A stretch of 64,000 bases of DNA from assembly GCA_905178155.1 (NCBI GenBank), contig CAJINV010000002.1, positions 12,099,621 through 12,163,620 of the forward strand, read 5' to 3'. The stretch's first letter is position 1; every line of letters begins with the position of its first letter. The notes under the pieces were generated by a model. That model searched no databases, was not told where the DNA came from, and saw nothing but the letters and a program-made list of their open reading frames with translations. Shown here piece by piece: positions 48,301 to 58,100 of this stretch. The DNA is from Amoebophrya sp. A120. Taxonomy: Eukaryota; Protista; Dinoflagellata. A program made the translations under genes and the position numbers.

Positions 48301-51300
48301 CTATCGAAAATTTGGTCTTTTTCGACAGGGCCATTTGGCCGCGCAGCGTGCTCGGGATGAAATCCAAGGTGATGTTGGGGACGATCCCGAGCGCTATGGA
48401 CTCCAACAGCGCCCGCCTGAGCCGCTTCCCTGTCAGCGCGGAGGTCAAAGGCGGTAGTTCGCCGGTCAGCAGTTCAGAAATCACCTTCGATTCTTTCTTT
48501 TCCACACACACCACACACTCCCCCTCCGTGTCATAGCCCGCTCGGCCGGCGCGGCCAATGATTTGCAGAAACCTCGGGAGGTCGACCGTGACCGGGCCGG
48601 TTTTCAGACTGCAAAGCAGCACCCGGCGACAGGGTAAATTCACGCCAACCGCAAGAGTCGTCGTGCAGCAGAAAACAAGCAGGACTCGGGTGCGAAAAGC
48701 CTCTTCCAAAATCGCGCGTTCTTCCGTGAGTAATCCTGAGTGGTGATAGGCGATGCCGAGTGGGACGGTATTGCGCAGGACCGGACAAAGGCCCGACGGA
48801 CAGCGGCTCTTTAGTGCCTCGATGCACTCCAGCCGTTTTTCTAGGACGCCGATAGCGCCGTACTCACTTTTGCACAGGTAGGAATGAATCAAGTTGGTGG
48901 GTGTTCGTTGCTGACTGCAGTAGTTGCGATTTGCATGATCGGCGGCGTGCATCCAGTTTGGGTCGTTCTTGTTTGGATGTTCGACAACCTGCGGCTCCTC
49001 GAACACGATACCGTCCATCTGTGTTGGAATGTTGTTCCACCGCGAATTGCGCCGTTGCTGCACGTTCGTCGTCATATTCGGTGCGTGTGCCGGAACTGGT
49101 TTCCTTTTCTGCATCTCTTTGCGGGCCTCGATCGGGTCGATTTGGGACAAGCAACTGGAGATGAACGACTGAATCGAATCGCGCGGACGTGCCTTCGGCG
49201 GTCCAGTAGCTCCCGGCTGCGGCGTTGCGGATTGCGCAAGCGCAATAACTCCCGCCGGCGAAGCAAATGGAGGCGGAGAGGACTGCTGCTTCACTCGATG
49301 TTCATCGTGGATGAAGTGTTCGGTTTCTTGTCGCTCCTGCGCCAGTTGGTGTTCCTTTTCGTCTTCGTGCTCCTTCGCGATGATCTTTAGTTGCGCCTTG
49401 TAGTCCTTGAGGTTCTTGATCATGGCGGCCAAAAGCTCTTCCGGTTCCAGCGCGTCCACCGACCCGATTTCCGCTTTCAGATCTCGCAGGACCTTGCTCT
49501 TGACCGCACTGCTTATCTTTTCCGCTTGCCCCTCGCACCATTTTTTTGAGCTGCAAAAGGAGAGACAAGACTCGTTTTTCAGCATTCCCTCGTACGTCGT
49601 CGTGATGACCGCGTCTTTCTGCTCGTTCTCAAACTGGTAAAGAACCAGCTGCCGCCCGCGCGGGCAAAACTGAAACAGGTCTGGCTTGATCGGCGTGAAT
49701 TTTTTTGGGAGGGGTGGCAGATTTTCTTTCGAATTTTTGTTCTTCTGATCGATGCGCAAGATGTTGTCTGCGTGGAGCGCTCTCACCGCTGGCTTTTTGA
49801 AAAGTTCTTTCGGATAGTGCTGGCGGAGGTTCTTCGGTTTCGATGGGTGCTGCACCGGAGCAGGCAACACTGCTGGGGCAGATTTCGCGGTTTGGGGTAG
49901 TTCTTGGTTAGCTACAGGAGGTTGAGCTGCGGTGGCAGTGCCAGGCTGCTCTTCGAGGCCTGCTGGTGCTGTCTTTGAATGTCCGTAAGGTGTGTCGTTC
50001 GCATGACCTAGTGTCGCATCAGCACCAGAGACCGACGCTGAAAACGCTTTCGCTGCCGCTTCCGTAACGCCAAGAGTGTGATCGTCAGGCGCCAACCCCA
50101 ACGGGCGACTATTGTTGGCTTGATGCTGCGGCAGAACTCTACCTGGCGGCTCAGAATGAGCTTGTTTTGTAATCATATTATGAAACGGGGCACCAGCCGC
50201 CGTTGGCAGCTGGAGCTGAGCAGATGGGGATGGTGTTGGAGGCAAGATTAGCGTGTGTGCAGGCTGAGGTGGCTGCGGAGGGGCGTGGCGCTTCTCTTCT
50301 GACGTTAGATTGCCACTCAGACACGACGAGACATGGCCAGTGCTAGCAGGTAGTGGGCGAGGCGGATTTATTCCGTTTGCACGTCGAAGCAGACCACTGG
50401 ATGCTGACTCTACAGCTGGAGGTTCCGATTGCTGCGGAAAACTGACTGCGTCAGGGACTGCGCTTTTCTTTAGCGAAGGGAAAGTAGACTGCGGTAGAGG
50501 ACCACCAGCGTAGTTGTAGTTGAAAGTATTGGAAAACGGCCTGAAGTTTTGAGCAGTGACACCCGATGACGCGCTCGCCGCGCCAACAGGTCCACCACTA
50601 CCCGGAACGCCTGTGGCTGCGGGTTGTTTTGGGTGCATAATCATTCGATTTTCGATTCGTGTGCGCTTCAACGGAGGCTCGCCTGTGTCTACTTGCTCGT
50701 TCCCTCCACCGCTATGATCCGGGCAGCCCGCACCGGGTATTGGCGCTGTGTGGCTCCCTTCCACCAATTTCTGGCTGGCCTGCAGCCGCACAGGATTCTC
50801 ATCCTCTATTTCCATTTGTTGCACACCTTCTTCCATCTCCCTGGTGTTCGCTCCATCTAATACCATCGGCAAAACTCCTGCTGGCTGCAACGCCTTTGCC
50901 GCCAATCCAGCTGTTTCCGCAGCTTCCTCTTCCTCTATCCTTTGCACCTCCGCGTTGAAATCTTGCACATGCTTCCTGAACCTCTTTATGTCGTCTGGTG
51001 AAAAGGGATAGAAGTGCTGTCCGAGTTTGACGCGGTACAAAAGCGGAATCGGGCGGAACCGGGTATTGTACATGCCCGCATCGAGCCACCGCGCGAGCAC
51101 GGGCAAGTCGGAGAGAGTCGCGGACAACCCGATGATTTGCAAGTCTAACTTCTGCGGAATCACGTGCTCCCGGTGGTGCAACGGATTTTTTGCGATTGCG
51201 GTTTTCGTGGTTCTTTGGCATTGCGCAAGACTAGAAGTTACCCGCAACCGCGGATCTGGATCATCTTCCCCCGCGGGAACGTGATTCGTCATGCTGGTGT

Positions 51301-53811
51301 CGACGTCAACGGACAAGCGTGAATACAGGCGAATTTTTGTGAGGATCAGCTCTAGTATCCAGCCACGGTCCGCGTCCGTATCAAATGTAAAAATGTCTGG
51401 GTCTGGAAGATTCTGAGATTTGTCATGCATGTTCTGCATGACCCAGGATGTTTGTAATGCACGACCGCGCATCACAGATTTTGAGCGGGCTTCCTGATGC
51501 CTACTCCGCATGACAAATAACGCACTCCCCGCGTAGCACAAACTAGACTCCTTTCGCTGGCCATGCATTACTTTACAGATTTTTCTAGAGTCCAAAGTTA
51601 GCATCACAAGTTCCATTCTTCCAGACCCAGACATTTTTGCATTTGATAGTCCGTGATCATGTGCAACTCGTCTACGATTAGGGTTCCGATCAAGTGCAGC
51701 TGTCGCTCCTCGATCCACTTGTTGATCAGGGATTCGTATGCATGACAAAAGCATTGGCATCTTCGTACTACTGGAAATCACGTCACGACAAAGTTTTTAG
51801 TTTAGAGAGAAATTGTTCATGCATCGGATAATTCGGACGAATGAAGATGAGCAAGAAAATCGGTATCGGTCGCACTGTGCTAGAATTTGCACGAGTGCGA
51901 TACTTTTGCACAGGGTAAATTGGCCTTCTCATACGTGCACACGGCGACGTCAACCGCCGGGTACCAGTTGCCAGTCTGCGCCTGCCCGAAGAAGCCCTGC
52001 ACCCGCACCAGGTGACCCCAGACTTGCTGCAGGGCCTTGATCCGTTCGTTGCACATTGCGACGAAGGGAAGGAGGATCAACGCCCGCTTCCCCTCGTAGA
52101 GACACCTTCGCATCATCAAAATGTCGGCGACCAGCGTTTTTCCGCCCGATGTGGGGGCGGTGTAGACGAGGTTCTTGCCAAAATCTAGAACCTCGCGGTC
52201 GCTGCTGCACAAGCAGGCCGCTTGCCACGGGTAGAGGTCGTGGATCTTCATGACGTCACGGTAGTTGGTCTGCACGGAGTGCGGAACGTGGTAGAACGAA
52301 AGCTTGCGTTGCTCGAGCGGAATAGCGTCTTCGTCTCCTTCCTCTTGTTCTGCCGGTGCGGCAACGGAGCTGCAAGTCGTGCCTAGTACAGCTCTACTGT
52401 TGCTTTTCTGGTTATGTTCCGCGTTCTTCGGAGCACTGTCGTCCTTGTCACCACGACCTGCGACATCAGCAGCAGGAACAAGCCCTTGCCTTTTTTTGTC
52501 ATCCTCATTCGGCTTCGGAGGTTTCGAACCACCCGTTGCGGTTGGCGGCGGGTAAAGCTCCTCTCGGAGCTGCAGCGTGATGCGACTGGTAGCGTCGGCC
52601 CGGTTCTTGATCCCGTGCTTCTTCATGGTCCAGGCGTCAAGTTTTTGCGCGCGAAAGGCCTCACTTCTCTCGTTCGATTTGGAAAAGGCCCTCCCGCGAA
52701 GCGAAACGTAGAAACTCTCCCGGTTGCCATCGATGACACGAGTAGTCCACTGCGCGACCCGTCGTTCCACCTGCGGTTTTCCGGGTTTCCGGTTCTTCCT
52801 GAGCTTCCTCTTCTTCTGCAGCGGATTTCGCTCTGGCTTTGCGTGTCCGCCGGGGTTCTGCTCCCCGCCCTGTGCAGCAGGACCTTTACTGCTACCCGAG
52901 GCGCTTGCTGCGGGCTGCCCGGTCGTTGCGCCAGCATTTTGCTTCGTCTGTCGCTGCTCTAGAACCGCGGTTTTTTTCAGTTTCTCCACCTCGGCGGTCT
53001 CACCTTCGAAGACAACCCCCGTGTCGGCGTTTCGGGCGTAGTTCAGCCGGTTTTGCTTCAATTCCTCCTGCCGTTTGAGCCTCTCCTGCCGCTCCTTCTC
53101 CTGCATCTCGATTCGCTTCTGTCGCTCCTCCTCGCGCTTCTCCAGCCACGACTGCTTCTTCTGAAACAGGATCGACGCCCGAAACACTGGATCCAGCTGG
53201 TAGTCGGATGAAACGCTGCTGCTATCGTCATCGGAAGCGTCCGAGGAGGACGAGTCACCCTCGGACGAGGACTGGTTTTTCTTCTTTCTGCTTTTCATCG
53301 TTCCGTCCCGCTCAAGCGGCTTTCTCTCTTTGCTCGCAGGCCTTTTCGAGGAGCTACTTTGGCTCTCGGGTCCGTTGAGGTCCGGTGTATCATTCGGGGT
53401 GTCGCCACGCTGCTGGAACAGCGCTTGCACGTCCTGCTGCAGATAGGGGGCATTATCAGGACAATGGAACAAGGAGTCATGATGACTGGTGCCCCCGCCG
53501 GATGCAAAGCCTGAAGCCACTCCCTGACTTGTGTATCCACCGTCCTCGGCAGCTGGTCCAGGTCGTTGCTCCCACTGATGCACGGCACGGGGAAACCGAA
53601 ACTGGGCGGCAGCATCGACTTTCACTAATGGGGCTGCAGCTGGCTGTTTGTTGGCTAGCCCGTTCCTTGACGAGGAGGACGACGAGGAAGAGCCGCCAAA
53701 CTGGAAGTTTTTGTTTCCGAAACCAAGTGGCTGGCGTCCGAAAAATCCACCGCTTCCCGCGGACTGCCCTTGTCCTCCACCAAAGGCGTTTGGAAATCCG
53801 CCCTGATGCAT
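45382..53811 (-). CDS. Ski2-like SF2 DNA helicase, HELQ/POLQ-helicase type (5 exons)
   Basis: Q motif LYPWQ, motif I APTSGGKT, CTYEKAN|SLIN, motif II LIVDELHMITD in a short exon (about 51649-51731), RGWILELILTK, GLSATL, FCSSKKWCE, GIAYHHSGL, TTTLAVGVNLP, QIIGRAGRAG. All four introns are TIR elements. Confidence 0.92.
46213..46463. mobile_element. Introner/MITE-like non-canonical intron, family B copy 1
   Basis: 30-bp TIR tatcaaatgtaaaaatgtctgggtctggaa; perfect TSD aagtc; removal restores VSQDF|VELQ. Confidence 0.93.
46535..46796. mobile_element. Introner/MITE-like non-canonical intron, family B copy 2
   Basis: Same TIR with minor variants; perfect TSD ttcag; removal restores WSIFL|KLIRK. 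Confidence 0.93.
51379..51648. mobile_element. Introner/MITE-like non-canonical intron, family B copy 3
   Basis: Same TIR; perfect TSD gtccg; removal restores DELHMITD|ADRGWILE. Confidence 0.95.
51737..51917. mobile_element. Introner/MITE-like non-canonical intron, family A copy 3 (degenerate)
   Basis: tatgcatgacaaaagcat ... gatacttttgcacagggta; eroded TSD attcg/aattg; removing the element plus 5 nt restores conserved YEKAN|SLINK. Confidence 0.85.
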
Positions 53812-55174
53812 AGCTGGACAGGGAAACGGAAATTACTCTACTAACTTGACTCAAACAAGGTTACACCTGCTTCGGGGATTCTTTTCTTTATTCTTTGCGC
53901 TTGATTCAAAAGTAGACAAGCACAAGTCAGAAACAAGAGAAAAAGCAGTAAATTCAGTTTGTTTAGTTGTCCGAATGCACGTTGTCAGTACAACAAAGAA
54001 TTGTATGCGCGTCCTATGTTTGTGCTTGATTATATATTGTGCTACGACGAGCACGAGCGATCTGCATCTGTGCTACTTCGTTAACCGAAAGCGATGTAGT
54101 GAAAAAAGAGTTGAGATCTTCTTGTTTGCAAGGAAGTAGGAGATCATCGTTCAAGAAAGGGACGAAATCCGATGGCTTTTTTCGGGTCTACGAGGTCACC
54201 TGAATGATCGAAGGGAGAGGCACAGATCCGGATCCGCGGATCTTAGCAGCACTCAGACCATACTAGTCAAGCTGCGGCTCAGTCTCAGAGAGAAGTGCGC
54301 AATGCGGTCAGCATCAACTTCCATCGCGACCGTGGTCTTCGTAGAAAACCTTGAAAAAAAATCCGTCTCCAGCGACAAAACCTGTGTCCGACAGCGGAAG
54401 GCCGACGCAAGGAAGCGGTCACATGGGATGAAGCTCCACAGCTTGTGGCCTTTCTTGGTTGGCCAGCAGGTACCACCAGCTACTCTGTTTTTGTACAGAC
54501 TTAGATTGCTTTATCTTTCCAATCTTACCTCCTCGAAAAATTGATTGTACAAGGTGCAAAATCTGGGTTCTCACAGTCGCTGACCGTGGCAAAATGTTTG
54601 GAGATGAAACAGCCCTACAATGATAAATTCGAAGTGGATCGTTTTTCACGAAGCGATGACGAATAATTTGTGAAACGCTTATTTGTATTTCAGCATCGGT
54701 ATCATCAACCACTGAAAGTAAATTCATAAACTCGATTTATGTGTCATGCTGAGTAACTTTTATTGAGAAGTACTATCCGGACGCAGTCGCTACCTACTGC
54801 TCTAGTCTTCTCTTTCGTCTGCGCGTTCTCGTTCGTCCTGTACATCCATGCACTCCTTGTTGGTCACTTTAGGTTTAGATAAATGTCACTGTTGACAAGT
54901 AGCACTATTCACCTTTCCAGATTGATTGTTTTCCGAAATAGAATCGATGGCTTTGAATTTTTTGGAAATTCCAGATAAAACACTGCAACAAATCATTCAT
55001 TAGTACTTCGCAAGTCTTTCTTAGTATTGTGAAACTACTAACTCGGTAGGGTTTGTGTCAACCTTCCATCACGTTGTCCTGACCGACTGTCGTGAAGGAC
55101 TCGTTACTCACAAACAAAAATTGACTGAATCTGAATCTCGGATCACCCACTGCACCTCCCCTTTTGGTCCTCCA

Positions 55175-58100
55175 TCAAGCCGAGAGTTCTGCGTCGCTGT
55201 TGACATCCACCTCCTCCTGCGACTCCCGACGTATCACGATTGGTCTCGCCTCGGCATTTTTTTCGTCGGTAGCTGTAGCTGCTTGCTCTTCTCCCTCCCC
55301 TCCTGAGTCGAGGTTGTTAGCACTCGAACCCGCCTTGCCCTTTTCAGGGCTTTTCGTCGCGAGTCCGTGTTCTGCCTCGACGTTCTTGTTTTCATCGCGC
55401 TGCGCGGACCCAGTTCCGACGTTAGCAGCTGCACCTTTCATCTTCTGCGCATTCTGGCTTTGCGCTGTTTCTAGAACGGTTTGATGGCTAGTACCTGTGC
55501 CACCTCCAGCAAGGGGCCCCTGCTGCGCCGCCGTGGCCGATTGTTGGACTAGTTGCTGTTGCAGCGGCAGTGATGCTGATGCGCTAGCCGTGCTGACGCG
55601 GCGGATTTTAACGACGCCCCCCGTGTTCTCGAAGATTTCCTCTTGCTGGGGAAAGAGCACCAGGCTTCGCCGCCCGTCCGGCCCCTCCGCATCGTCTTGG
55701 TTGTTGCCACCTTCATCGTCGTCGGGCGATTCCGGTCTGCTAGTAGTGCCCCCGGCTACAACTACCTCCCCCTCGTCGTTCAATATGTTCACTCCGGCCA
55801 CGGTTCTGCGCGTTCCAGGATTTAGCGGCACACTACCCACGGAGGAAGATACGGTAGGAGGAAAAAGCTGAAAGCTGTGCACCGGTACCAGCGTCGCGCT
55901 CGGCGACGGCGCCATCGCCTTTTCCATGCTCGCCAACAAATCTCCGTCCACATTCATGTTTTTGCCAATTGCAAGCAGCACATTGGCCTGCGCCGTCAGT
56001 TGCTTCTGCACCGTTTCGTTGAGCATTGCACCCCCATTGCTGCCCCCGCCAGTGCTGCGGCGCGCGCCCATGCGCGTAAAACTGGGCCGAGCATTGGGCG
56101 CCGCGGTCGCGGAATCCTCCACAGAAGAACCTGCATATCCATATTCATATAATGAAGCAACACCTTGCAGCTGTTACTCTATGCATGTTGACATCATGCT
56201 CGGTATAATGGTACTTGATCTTGCGGAAGCAAGAAAAAGGCCCCCCTAAGTAGCTCGTGGAGCCTGAAGATGCAAGATGCAGGGTATGACGTAGCTTTAG
56301 CTTGTTCATCTACCTTCCTTAATGAATAAAATGACCGTGATGAACATGAAGTAGAGGACCACTTGAGAAGATTACGTACGTCGCGAGGCCGCGGCCACAT
56401 TAGCCGTGCTGCTTCTGGTGGGCGCGTTTTCGTCTCGTGCGTTGTCCTGGATGGTCTGCAAGTTGCTGCTGTAACGCTTTTTCACGAAGTCGCCGACCTT
56501 TTCATACAGCTGCTCCTGCGAATCCGGAAACTCTGCCAGAATGTCCTCAAAAGCGTTTCTCGTGAGTTTGGCCAAGTGGCAAAACGTTACCGCGCGCACC
56601 CAGGCAGTACGCTTCGCGTTGTCCTCGACCATCTGTAGAAGTGTAGTGTTTGACAGCAATCGATCATCTTGTTCACGACCAGACGAGGGAGGTCAGCATG
56701 AAAGAAAGTAAAAGTGAGACCTTCCACTCCTACTCCTACTCGTACAACCCGACCCCGACCCCCAGTACCGCGTCCAGATAATAAAATCAGTTTTGTGCTA
56801 GTGCTCGCTTCTTTAGGCGAGCGACTAACTGTTTAACGTAAAATCAAAATCTCGACGACATCGACGACGCACGCTTCACATCAGCAATGCGGGCGTGCAC
56901 TTAAATACTTACCCTGTACAGCGCCATCTCCCCAAAGTTCTGGCCTTCCAGAAACGTGCATACGGGCTTGCTGCCGAGTTCCACGATGACCTCACACCGG
57001 CCTTTCACGATGAAGAAGCACTCGCGAGCGATGTCGTTCTTGTGGATGACGTAGTCGCCCGCCGAATAGATCGCGAGCAACAGGCGTAGCACCACGGATT
57101 TTATCACTTGCACTTTGACGCCGTTGAAGAAAGCCGACCCGCGCAACAAGTCGGCGTACAGATACAGCTTGAGCTCAAGATTCAGAGTCGGGGAAAGCCC
57201 GCGGAAAAGCGTGTCATAGGCTTCCTGGTCGTAATGAAGCTGGGTGTAATTGTAGAAATCGAAAATGCGTTGTCGAAGGTGTCCCGGTACGTCCAGCCCC
57301 GAAACTGCCTGCTTGACCCATTCAAGATCTGTTTTTTACTTGGTGCAAGGTCCAAAAAGATGCTGCGCTTGCATTTATCTTTAGCTGCTTGGCCGGCAGC
57401 ACATCAGTAGAGCTGCGTAGAGACCTACTTCAATTCAGATTCGCATCTTGCTTTCAGTCGGACGTCGAGGAGAGACGAATGAAAACAAGCAGTAACCATT
57501 CATGTCTCTTGCAGTCTAGGTCATGAAGATACCTTGGTAGTGTTTCATCTGGCGTTGCCGCTGCACGGTGAAAAGCCAGTTGCAGTTTCCAAAAATCACG
57601 GCAATGTTCAGAGTCCCCACGATGCCCATGACGGCAAGAATGGAACTTTCGTACTGCGTGGTCGCTTTTCTGTCCTTCGCCACCATCATGAAAATTGCGT
57701 CCCGCAGCGCGTATAGATACAGCGAAATCGCCGGGACGTTCCAAAAGTTTGGGGAATTTTTGGTGGTATTCCCGCCAATTTGTTCGCCACTCGACGAGGT
57801 CGTGGTGCTGCTATCCCAGTTATCAAATGCAAAAGTGTCTGGGTCTGGAAACTTGTGATGCTGGGTGGCGTCTCATGATGAGGCTACAAATGCTGGCTCA
57901 GCATGACAAGTTTCGGAGCTCCTAGGTGTGCATGATAAACTGCATGATAAACTGCGCTTCTGCATCACAGAATAACGGAGCTCTTGGGTAACGTGCATAA
58001 CAGATTTAAGTTTTAAGAGTCATGCCAGACAAGCATGACAAACGTGAACTCTTCCAGACCCAGACATTTTTACATTTGATACCAGTCCAGGTGGTCGCCC

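Noticed and set aside
51379-51781. N-terminal ~135 aa of the 1681-aa ORF 46736..51781
   Set aside because: Chance read-through of the family B element and of the DELH exon in the wrong frame. The real protein continues from the upstream exons.
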